DNA from: an uncultured virus (IMG/VR IMGVR_UViG_3300025936_000004)
Lineage: Duplodnaviria > Heunggongvirae > Uroviricota > Caudoviricetes
Direction: 5' to 3' (one strand)
IMG/VR virus record: IMGVR_UViG_3300025936_000004
Length of the DNA stretch: 64,000 nucleotides
The notes below the pieces were generated by a model. It was not told the origin of the DNA. It saw only the letters and a list, made by a program, of their open reading frames with translations, and did no database searches. The stretch's first letter is position 1. Every line of letters begins with the position of its first letter. The position numbers and the translations under genes are program-made. Positions 19,807 through 28,240 of this stretch are shown in pieces.

Positions 19807-20667
19807 GTGACAAGCGCAACACAAGATAGCGTCGAACTGCAGGATCTTGGAAACGGACAGTGGCGAGGCGTCTATAGAGACCGCTCGATCCTACTGACAG
19901 AGCGCGAAGGCAAGCTCGCTACAACGCTAGGGCAACTGGCCTCATGGGCCGGGATGGACAGAAAGAGCGGGAGCGGCCCACGCGAGCTGGTAGTCATCGC
20001 CCAAACGGCAATAGCCGATGGCCTCATAGACCCTTCAGATATTCCCGATCTGGGCGCGGTCCAGAACGGAAAAAACAGGAAGCCGTACAAGGACTGGGCG
20101 ATCACCCGCAAAGCAGCGCTGCTACTCATGACCCGATGCAGAACGCCGCGAGCAATTGAGCTCACACGAGCCATGGCCGATGTATTCGAGCAATGGCTCG
20201 ACCGACGTCAGCGCGGGGCGTCCTTCAGTCCCGATATGCTGGCACCGATCCTTGTTCCCATCTCCCAGGCATTAGCAGCTCTCACGCGCAGATTCGACCA
20301 GCAAAACGAAGAGCTTGGGGGGCTTCGCAAAGAAGTTATCACCCTATCCATGGAGCGCGGCATCATTAGCGATGATGCTGTTTTGTGGATCAGTCAACAG
20401 CTGAAGAAAATCACCCGCCTTGAAACGGGTCTGTCTGGGAAAAAGATGACTCCGATTGAGCGTAAAGCCTGGCAGAAGGCGCTCGGCGATATCACGTCTG
20501 AGGCCAGAAACGAGGTTTGTCTACCGATTACAAGGGCATGGAAGAAACTCAATCCAAGCCGACTGCTTGATCTGCAGAGTTTTCTCGAACTTCGACTCAA
20601 GCGTGCGGAGGCAAAAGATAAACTGCGTGAGCCATTGATGGACTGGGCAAGAAAGCACCGCAATTAG
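19807..20667 (+). CDS. Antirepressor-like DNA-binding protein
   Basis: W.IT..AALLL..R.RT..A......VF segment, a coiled coil and an ORF6C-like C-terminus. Confidence 0.5.
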   Translation: MTSATQDSVELQDLGNGQWRGVYRDRSILLTEREGKLATTLGQLASWAGMDRKSGSGPRELVVIAQTAIADGLIDPSDIPDLGAVQNGKNRKPYKDWAITRKAALLLMTRCRTPRAIELTRAMADVFEQWLDRRQRGASFSPDMLAPILVPISQALAALTRRFDQQNEELGGLRKEVITLSMERGIISDDAVLWISQQLKKITRLETGLSGKKMTPIERKAWQKALGDITSEARNEVCLPITRAWKKLNPSRLLDLQSFLELRLKRAEAKDKLREPLMDWARKHRN

Positions 20668-21426
20668 GTCAACAATGGCGATTGTCGCGCGCTGCCAATG
20701 CCAGTGCACTCAGGGCACTGGGTGCACTCAGGCACCTAGGACTCTAGCGCTATGTCCCCATAGGGCCTTAGGGCATTGGTGCCCCAGGCGTTCAGACGTC
20801 ATGACGTCTAGACGTCTGAACGTTCGTAGGCACCCACAGACGTCTGCAGGTGCCCAGTGAGTGAAGAGCGCCGGCACACGATTCACTGGTACGAGTGTTC
20901 GCAGCACAAACGCAAGCTTGTGCGCACGTGTCCGGAGTGCCGTGCCGAGACGGGGTTCGATGACGCCGCCTGGGATTACCGGGAGGCCAAAGAGCGCGGC
21001 GTGGTGCTCCCGCTAGCGCTGTGTTCACACGGCAATGTCAAGGGCAAGTGCCCCGCGAACTGCAGCCAGGATAGTCGGGGTGCAAAAAACAACGGCCCGG
21101 GCAGTGCGATACCGCGGGCCGTCGAAAGGTGAATGACGGGGAATGAATAGCGCGAGTAGATCCACCACGCAACCGATTGCGAACCATCCCAGGGTGCTTC
21201 GCTTAAGCGAACGCGCGCGAGAGATGTACTTGGGTCTTTGCCAATACGCCTCGCCCGATGGGTACGTGGTCGCACTGCATCTACATGCGTGGCTTCCGAA
21301 TTACCGGACCGCATTCAGTGAACTGCTTCTCTCGGGATTGATGCTCAACGAGGGTGAAGACCAGTGGACGCTGGTCCGGCCCTGGGAACTGGACCGATCG
21401 GAGGCGCTAGCCCGAGGAGCGGTGCC

Positions 21427-22509
21427 GTGAGCGCAGACCTCGATGCCATCCGGCAGGCGCTATGGGATCCGCGTGATGTGGCGTCCAAGCTCGGGCTGCT
21501 GGACGGTTCGCGATCATTCAAGCGCCTAGCAAACGGCATTCTAGTACGGTGTTTCGTGCATGGCGATCGCACGCCGTCACTGAGCTTGACCCGTACAGCT
21601 ACAGGCGTGCGCGCGAAGTGTTTCGGGTGCGATCTCTCCGGAGATGTGTTCAGTGTGATCGCGGCGTTCCATCGACTGGACGCACACTCAGACTTTCGTC
21701 GCGTGGTGGAACTTGCCATGGAGATGGCCGGGATCACCGGGGATGGCAGCTATACCGCGCCCCCTGCCCCGCCATTGCCCCCAGAGCCACCAAGGCTTGA
21801 TGACGAGACGTTCCATCGGCTCGCGGGCATTCTCGAACTCACGTGCCCACTGCGCCGGCAGGACGATGTCTGTGACTACCTCGCGCGCCGGGGGCTTCTT
21901 GAACCAGCACGCGGGCAGCTGTGGGCCTTGCCGCTTAACACTGAAGGCCTTCGATGGGCGCGCAACGCGATCGTTCAGGAGATCGGTGAGGACGCATGGT
22001 GCATCTCGGGGCTTTCCGACAAGCGCGGGGAGTGGCTCTGTCCGAAGCATCGGCTCTGCATTCCATGGCGTGCGCCCGATGGCCTAGTCACCACGATCCA
22101 GCGCCGGCTGATTACCGAGGGCAAGCCGAAGTACATCTTTCCGCCCCGACGATCCCCACGATACCCCTACGGTGTCGAGAGCCTCGCGCAACTTGGGCCT
22201 GCAACCGAGATCGCATGGGTGGAAGGTGCGCTCGATGTCATCGCCATGCGCACCCTGGCAAGGCGTCATAACCTCGATCGAATCGCGCTCGGCTTGCCCG
22301 GCGTGAGTGCGTGGATGCAGAGTTGGGCTCAGCTTGCCGAGGCCCGCGTAACGCTCATTGCGCTCGATGCCGATGAAGCCGGTGAAAAGCACGTCGAGCG
22401 CATGGCTGCGGACCTGTACGCCGTGGGCGCGTGTGGGGTCAAACGATCGATGCCGGTCAACGCAAAAGACTGGGCCGATCTGACGGGGAGAAAAGCATCG
22501 TGGCCGTAA
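21427..22509 (+). CDS. DNA primase (CHC2 zinc finger plus TOPRIM)
   Basis: CFVH.D.TPSL...CFGC; VEGALD; LDADEAG. Confidence 0.88.
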   Translation: MSADLDAIRQALWDPRDVASKLGLLDGSRSFKRLANGILVRCFVHGDRTPSLSLTRTATGVRAKCFGCDLSGDVFSVIAAFHRLDAHSDFRRVVELAMEMAGITGDGSYTAPPAPPLPPEPPRLDDETFHRLAGILELTCPLRRQDDVCDYLARRGLLEPARGQLWALPLNTEGLRWARNAIVQEIGEDAWCISGLSDKRGEWLCPKHRLCIPWRAPDGLVTTIQRRLITEGKPKYIFPPRRSPRYPYGVESLAQLGPATEIAWVEGALDVIAMRTLARRHNLDRIALGLPGVSAWMQSWAQLAEARVTLIALDADEAGEKHVERMAADLYAVGACGVKRSMPVNAKDWADLTGRKASWP

Positions 22510-23576
22510 GACTGTGGCGCCGTCTGTGGCGGGACATTAATCGAGATCCGCGGTTCACGACCCTTCCGGGCGATTACCGAGCCATCTACCTACAGTTAAT
22601 GGTCGAGCTAGACGACGAGGGGCGTCTCCCTCGAGTGCCCGACCTGTCCCTGGTCGAGCAGGTTGCAGACCTCGTGCACTTTCCGACTCGAGTGGTTGCC
22701 AAGGGCTTGCCCAAGTTAGCCGAGCGAGGGCTGCTCTCACTCGACGGCGACGAGGTGTACGTACCGAAGTTCCCTCGCCGGCAGGGCCTAGAGTCCTTCG
22801 ACGGGGAATCCCAGCAAGGTCGAGCCGAAGGGCCTAAAACCGCTGCAGAACGGGCCAAAGCGTACCGAGAGCGGAAGAGGGAACGTGACGGCGAGCGTCA
22901 CGAAACGTCACGTGACGCGCGTGACGAACGTCACGAAACGTCACGTGACAGCGAACGTGACGCGTCACGGGTTTCCCCCACTCCCCCTTCCCAGAAATCA
23001 GAAGATACAAATACAGATAAAGAAAACGAACGTGACGCGTCACGTGACGGCCGTGACGAAACGCGTGACGGTCGTGACGAAGTTCCCCAGCCTTCGGCCG
23101 GGGCCCCTCCGGCTACGCCGGCCTCTGTGGAAATCCCAGAGTCAGGCACCGAGCGGAAGAAAGCTGTCGTTCGCACGACCGAGAAGGTGCGTCAGGTCTT
23201 CGCTCATTGGCAACAGGTAATGAACACCCCACGCTCGGTGCTCGATGCCAAGCGCGCTCGCGTGATCCACAACGCCATCGAGCGCCACGGTCTTGAAGAC
23301 TGCAAGCGTGCCATCGATGGCTGCTTCGAGTCTGACTTTCACATGAACCGTCCCGGCGGCCGCAATGAAAGCGGCAAGAAGTACAACAACATCTCGCTGA
23401 TCCTTCGCGACTCCGAACACGTCGAGCAGCACCTTCAGGTGCTCGATGCCAAGCTCGAAGCCGAACAAACGCGCCACGAAGAGCAAGCGCGTACCGAAGC
23501 GGAAGCGAATGAGCCGTGGACGCCAGACAAGATGTACCCGCCGTTTCGAAAGCTGATCGAGCAAGGAGCCGTCTGA
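22500..23576 (+). CDS. Lambda O-like replication initiator
   Basis: N-terminal winged-HTH-like region, AERAKAYRERK, repeat-coded linker, C-terminal helical domain; upstream of DnaB. Confidence 0.75.
   Translation: MAVRLWRRLWRDINRDPRFTTLPGDYRAIYLQLMVELDDEGRLPRVPDLSLVEQVADLVHFPTRVVAKGLPKLAERGLLSLDGDEVYVPKFPRRQGLESFDGESQQGRAEGPKTAAERAKAYRERKRERDGERHETSRDARDERHETSRDSERDASRVSPTPPSQKSEDTNTDKENERDASRDGRDETRDGRDEVPQPSAGAPPATPASVEIPESGTERKKAVVRTTEKVRQVFAHWQQVMNTPRSVLDAKRARVIHNAIERHGLEDCKRAIDGCFESDFHMNRPGGRNESGKKYNNISLILRDSEHVEQHLQVLDAKLEAEQTRHEEQARTEAEANEPWTPDKMYPPFRKLIEQGAV
22883..23081. repeat. Iteron array and AT-rich core: putative replication origin
   Basis: Dense CGTGAC/GTCACG copies flanking CAGAAATCAGAAGATACAAATACAGATAAAGAAAAC. 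Confidence 0.75.
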
Positions 23577-24568
23577 TGGACACGCCAGCCCTTCCGAAAT
23601 TCGAGAACGTCTACCCCATTCCACGCAAAGAGCCGCGGCTCGATGGCGTCACCAGCTGGCTCTATGACCAGATTGACAAGATCGACCGGGACATGGATGC
23701 AACCGAAGAGGGCAAGGGCAAGATCGTCTCGTGGAGTTCGGGCCTGCCGTCTGTCGACTCCCTAACTAACGGCTTTCAGCAGAGCCAGTACTACGTGATT
23801 GCGGGGCAGACTGGGTTTGGCAAAAGCTCGTTTGCACTCACGACCGCATTGACACTGGCCGTGGCGAGCGAGCCTTCGGTGCTGTTCGTCTCGCTCGAGA
23901 TGTCTCAGCAGGACATGGCCATTCGCGGGATCTCGTGGCTCACAGGGATCGCTCAATCCAAGATTGTTCAGGCGATTGCGGGTCGGATTCGGCTGAGCCC
24001 GGAAGAACGACAGGGTATCTCCACGAGCAAAGCGTTTGTACGAGATCGAACACGGATGATGTGCGGCGGAATGCTGACACCGGAAGATGTTCGAAAGGAG
24101 GCGGTTGCTTTGCAGAAGGGCAACGGCCTGTCACTGGTGATTGTGGACTACCTGCAGCTGATGCGAGGCACAGCCAAGAGCTACGCGACGCGCGAGCGGG
24201 AAGTTGCAGAGGTCTCTCGGTCACTTCGATCGCTCTCGCTCGATCTCAACGTACCCGTGATTGCGCTCTCGCAATTGAGTCGGCAGGCCAACACGCGCAA
24301 CGAACCACTGCTTACCGATCTACGCGAGAGCGGCTCGCTTGAGCAGGATGCATCTGCGGTTCTTTTCCTGTCACAGGTCAAAGATGAACGCACCAAACAC
24401 ATCGCGCCCGACCGGGTCAAGATTGCCATTGCCAAGAATCGGTTTGGCCCCAAGGGCGATCGCGTCGTGAGGTTCTTGGGCGCCTCCGGTCGGTTCGAAG
24501 ACCTGGAGGTTCCGGACGATCCAGCGCCCGGCAACGCATGGCCCAGCGAGCCGGGAGACCCCGAATGA
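23576..24568 (+). CDS. dnaB: DnaB-like replicative helicase (C-terminal ATPase domain)
   Basis: GQTGFGKS, SLEMS, IVDYLQLM, LSQLSR, LRESGSLEQDA, KNRFG. Confidence 0.93.
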   Translation: MDTPALPKFENVYPIPRKEPRLDGVTSWLYDQIDKIDRDMDATEEGKGKIVSWSSGLPSVDSLTNGFQQSQYYVIAGQTGFGKSSFALTTALTLAVASEPSVLFVSLEMSQQDMAIRGISWLTGIAQSKIVQAIAGRIRLSPEERQGISTSKAFVRDRTRMMCGGMLTPEDVRKEAVALQKGNGLSLVIVDYLQLMRGTAKSYATREREVAEVSRSLRSLSLDLNVPVIALSQLSRQANTRNEPLLTDLRESGSLEQDASAVLFLSQVKDERTKHIAPDRVKIAIAKNRFGPKGDRVVRFLGASGRFEDLEVPDDPAPGNAWPSEPGDPE

Positions 24569-24825
24569 CCCCCGATGAATTCCGCGCCATTCGTGAGCAG
24601 CGCTACGTCAAACCCATGGTCATGGCCGATGCGATCGGCGTGACCGAGGAAACGGTGCGAGCGTACGAGCGCGGCAAGTTTCCGGTTCCTGAGCGCATTG
24701 TAAACCGACTGCTGCACGGCGTTGGCGAGCCATGCCCTCAATGCAAGCGAACCATCGTGACCGCTTGGTTCGATGGACTTTGCGGCGGTTGTAGCGCGCT
24801 CATTTTGCCGGAGGGTGCACGATGA
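24565..24825 (+). CDS. HTH plus zinc-finger small protein
   Basis: MTPDEFRAIRE...MADAIGVTEETVRAYERG; CPQC, CGGC. Confidence 0.75.
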   Translation: MTPDEFRAIREQRYVKPMVMADAIGVTEETVRAYERGKFPVPERIVNRLLHGVGEPCPQCKRTIVTAWFDGLCGGCSALILPEGAR

Positions 24826-25361
24826 CCTCCGCGAAGAAAAAGCGCCGCCCGGATTGGTCCGGTCGCTATGCTGTCGAGCGTGACGGTTGCCCAATCGCCA
24901 CGGTCACGCTTTCTCGTGAATGGACTTCTGCGGGGCCAAAGCACAGCGTCACGATCAATGAGGGTTCGCGTGAAACGTTCACCGATCCCGGCTACGCGAT
25001 GAACTGGGCACTGCGTCGCATTGCGCCTGGCGAGCCGGTTTGGCCTTGGTATCCGGGCTGTGACCCGAAAGGGTACCGATTGCATGCCGAGGGGAAAGCC
25101 CCCTGGGAACCCATGGTCCAAGAGCAGGAGGTCGCGCATGTTCGCTGACCCCGCCATGCCGTTCTTCCCCCACGGTCCCCAGTACGACGGTCTCAAGCGC
25201 ATCTGGGCGAAGTACCGGCTACCCACGGCCCGGGGAACCGCACCAACCGCCTCCGTGGGGCAAGAACTCGACCCGGGACGGGGGTCAGTGCCGCCCATGG
25301 CCAATGAGGGCCGTAGCGGGGCGATTGGGCCAGTTCCCGAGCCAGTTGACGAAACGCGAAA

Positions 25362-25916
25362 GTGGGGCCGATCGTGATCGTCACCGCCCCCACCCTGCCC
25401 GTGACTCCCCAGGTCACCGCGTTTGTGTACGAACTGTTTACCTATCACTTATCGGAAGCTCGAGCCGAGACGTCCACGCAACGGTCGCTGCCCTCCACAG
25501 CCCTACCCGCGATCTTCGCGGCGGAACTCGGTTGCGTCGGTTCGGGCAACGACGGCACCAAGCCTGTCATTGGGCTGGTCAACGACCCCGAGCCACGCCG
25601 GTGCATCGAACGCGATCCGTTGGGCCATCGGCGCTACCAGAGCCTTACGGGACGCGATTTGCAGACGGCGGACGCGGTGTACTTCGACGGCAAGGGCGTC
25701 GTGATGGCCAACGTTGAATTCGATCGGCGGATGATCTCGTGCACGCTGTATCAGCGCGTGGCGTTTCACGTGGCCGCACACACAGAGCCGAAACGCTACC
25801 AGCGCTGGTGCGGCAAGATCGCAGCAAGGGACTCAGCACCGGCGCTGATCGACTCCGAGGCCTTCGGGAGCGAGTGCCTCACCAGTGCGGCGAAGGCGTG
25901 GTTTATGGTAACGTGA
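25362..25916 (+). CDS. Hypothetical protein (possible late-gene regulator)
   Basis: ORF at the end of the early operon; start uncertain. Confidence 0.4.
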   Translation: MGPIVIVTAPTLPVTPQVTAFVYELFTYHLSEARAETSTQRSLPSTALPAIFAAELGCVGSGNDGTKPVIGLVNDPEPRRCIERDPLGHRRYQSLTGRDLQTADAVYFDGKGVVMANVEFDRRMISCTLYQRVAFHVAAHTEPKRYQRWCGKIAARDSAPALIDSEAFGSECLTSAAKAWFMVT

Positions 25917-26146
25917 GCGAGGTTTGAAGATGGGTAGCGGGGTACGAAAATCCACCGCCCCACGCAACGCAGTAAGGGGTGACTACGCCCGACACGTCGC
26001 AGGACGGGCCGTCGGCAACGTTGCAAAGTCACACGGATCACCGGACCGGCCATCCCGTAATCCGCCCATCTTCGAACTGACTACGCGCCCAATCGTCACG
26101 AGACTTGACAATCGAATCGTGACAATTCCAAGATCCTGGCGACCAC

Positions 26147-26374
26147 GTGCGTCCAGCGGATGCGCAAAGCCTGCTTGATGCAGGCGCGCTCGCGAAGGCC
26201 CTCGGGATCCATCTACGCAAAGCCTATCGCTGGCTCTCAGCGTGGGACGCGCTTGGGATCCCGGGCATTCACCGAGTTCGAGCCAGGGGCAGTGCCGGAT
26301 TCCGGTACGCCATCGAGCCGTGGTTCGTCGACGAATGGCGTGCGTGCAGGATCCCGGCCCCGCGGTTGACATAA
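26147..26374 (+). CDS. Small HTH protein
   Basis: LLDAGALAKALGIHLRKAYRWL. Confidence 0.55.
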   Translation: MRPADAQSLLDAGALAKALGIHLRKAYRWLSAWDALGIPGIHRVRARGSAGFRYAIEPWFVDEWRACRIPAPRLT

Positions 26375-26378
26375 CCGA

Positions 26379-26454
26379 CACGGTGTAGCTCAACGGCAGA
26401 GCGCGGGACTGGTGACTTTCCCGAGGTTGCTTGGTTCGACTCCAAGCCCCGTGA
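26379..26454 (+). tRNA. tRNA-like element with 10-nt anticodon loop (Thr-GGT-like or pseudo-tRNA)
   Basis: CACGGTG-TA-GCTC-AACGGCA-GAGC-G-CGGGA-CTGGTGACTT-TCCCG-AGGTTG-CTTGG-TTCGACT-CCAAG-CCCCGTG-A. Confidence 0.65.
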
Positions 26455-26590
26455 CCGAGCCTGAGTCACCGAGCTTCCGCGGCCCCACGCGGCGCCTAAG
26501 GTGACACGGGCTCTTTGATCACTCCCGCCCGCTGATCTGAAAGCGGTGCCCCGACATCGCCCGCGGTGAATGCGTGGCGGGACCTAGACG

Positions 26591-26866
26591 ATGCAACATG
26601 ACACGCTCCCACCGCCCGATCCCGAAACGTGGCAATCGACCGAGCCCGTGGACCGGTGGACGGCCAACACGCGCGGGTTCGAGCATGTGCCAGACACGGT
26701 GCCAGACTTCGACGCGTTGACCGAGAAGGCACAGCAAGCCCAGGTCGCGGCAGTATCCGCCGACACCGAGCCGACTCACGACGATCTCGATCACGGCACG
26801 GGGCTGGACCCAGAGGAGCGGTTCTGGCTGCAGTTTGACGCGTGGCAGCAGCAGAGCGCGGGGTAA
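26591..26866 (+). CDS. Acidic hypothetical protein
   Basis: ORF between the structured non-coding segments. Confidence 0.45.
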   Translation: MQHDTLPPPDPETWQSTEPVDRWTANTRGFEHVPDTVPDFDALTEKAQQAQVAAVSADTEPTHDDLDHGTGLDPEERFWLQFDAWQQQSAG

Positions 26867-27009
26867 TTCGCGATTCGCGAATGACGAAAACGGGTGACCA
26901 GAGAATGACTGCGGTTGCGAAAAAGCCTGCAGGGAAGGGCACTGACCGGATCAGGTAGTCATCTGGTACGAGCCCATCCCCGGGGCACCCCCTTCCCTTA
27001 GCACATGGG

Positions 27010-27543
27010 TCAAGTTGTCCAAGGGCGGCGTTGCTTTTCGTGGATTCGCCAATCCCGTGGCTTCATGCGGGCTAGCTTGAATAGATCTTGTTCTTCAAGC
27101 GGACGCGTTGATCGGATCTCTTTCAGCGCTTTGATGATTCGCAGTAGGTCATCACAGGGCGTGAACCATTCACCACGCAGGTGAAACCGGCGAAACCGCC
27201 AATGCAGCATCTTTTCGGCTTTGCGGCCACCGGGACACCAAGCCAAGCATTGCAGCGCATGCGGGTGAGACGTCTGTAACTCTTTCAGTCTTGTCCCAAC
27301 GTGAAACGCGATTCCGATCTTGATCGGACCGTTGTCAGACTGAATGAAGTAGACCTTGCGCCTCTTTCCGGCTCTCTCTGTTTTTTGGGCGAGCCTTTCC
27401 GCGCGCTCTTCTCGGTATGCAATCAAGCATCCGCTGCACCAATCGATGAGCTTCGAGCTGACCTCCCCACGAACTCTGAATGGTTCGAGCTCGATCTTAG
27501 CCCCGCACTTGGTGCAGTGTTTTCCCTGAACTAAAGTATCCAT
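27010..27543 (-). CDS. GIY-YIG-superfamily T5orf172/MUG113-like protein, antisense insertion
   Basis: VYFIQ...IKIG....RL.ELQT..P..L...E..LH.RF......GEWF; N-terminal CTKC/CSGC. Confidence 0.82.
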   Translation of the reverse strand: MDTLVQGKHCTKCGAKIELEPFRVRGEVSSKLIDWCSGCLIAYREERAERLAQKTERAGKRRKVYFIQSDNGPIKIGIAFHVGTRLKELQTSHPHALQCLAWCPGGRKAEKMLHWRFRRFHLRGEWFTPCDDLLRIIKALKEIRSTRPLEEQDLFKLARMKPRDWRIHEKQRRPWTT

Positions 27544-27679
27544 GCTGGCGGGCTCCATTCCCGCTAGTCATGGGCCCGGCTGTTAGCAGCAGCGCGGGCC
27601 CACGTTATAAGCAAAGTTTAGCTTTTGGGGCTGGTTGAGCTAGCCAAACTGGCAGGCAGTCTCAAACAGATCTTGTCAA

Positions 27680-28240
27680 GTGAAATCTAGCAAAATCGAC
27701 AAGGCTTCGAAGGAATCCAGAGATTCCGTACCCTCTAAAAAAGAGCTTGCGGCGGAATGGGTGGAGATTACCGCGCTCAAGCCGTGGGATCGCAACCCGC
27801 GGCGCAACGATGACACGCATATTCAGCGGGTAGTCGAGAGCATCAAGCGCTTCGGGTTTGCTGCGCCGATCCTTGCTCGTCGTGAAGACGGCGAAGTGAT
27901 CGCGGGGCACACGCGGCTCAAGGCTGCCGAGATGCTCGGGATGACTCGCGTGCCGGTACGGTTCCTGGACCTGGATCCAGCCGATGCGCACCTGCTCGCG
28001 CTTGCGGACAATCGCTTGAACGAGCTTGGCTCTTGGGACAACGAGCAGCTCATTGCGCTACTCGGTGACCTACGACAGCAGGGCACGGACGTCGCGCTCG
28101 TAGCCGGTTGGCACGATACCGAGATTGATGCGTTGCTCAACACGACAGCAGAAGCGATCGCGCCGGAAGGGTTCAAGTCCTTCGATGAGTCGATCGAGAC
28201 CGAGCACAAGTGCCCCAAGTGCGGGTATGAATGGTCGTAA
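27680..28240 (+). CDS. ParB N-terminal (ParBc) domain protein with C-terminal zinc ribbon
   Basis: LKPWDRNPR.N....V..SIKRFGF..PI...VIAGHTRLKAA...ADNRL.E..WD; CPKCG. Confidence 0.9.
   Translation: MKSSKIDKASKESRDSVPSKKELAAEWVEITALKPWDRNPRRNDDTHIQRVVESIKRFGFAAPILARREDGEVIAGHTRLKAAEMLGMTRVPVRFLDLDPADAHLLALADNRLNELGSWDNEQLIALLGDLRQQGTDVALVAGWHDTEIDALLNTTAEAIAPEGFKSFDESIETEHKCPKCGYEWS

Noticed and set aside
21090..21143. Third copy of the nuclease leader motif (ACGGCCCG...CGGGCCGT hairpin)
   Set aside because: A hairpin is present, but it lacks the GCTG/CAGC inner stem and the TGA linker.
22883..23081. CRISPR array or diversity-generating retroelement repeats
   Set aside because: The repeats are short irregular iterons without unique spacers; no cas or reverse transcriptase gene was seen in the window.
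26455..26515. HDV-like (theta) ribozyme after the tRNA-like element
   Set aside because: CTAA precedes a paired strand as in J4/2, but the helices nest as a simple hairpin and I could not build P1, P3 and P1.1.
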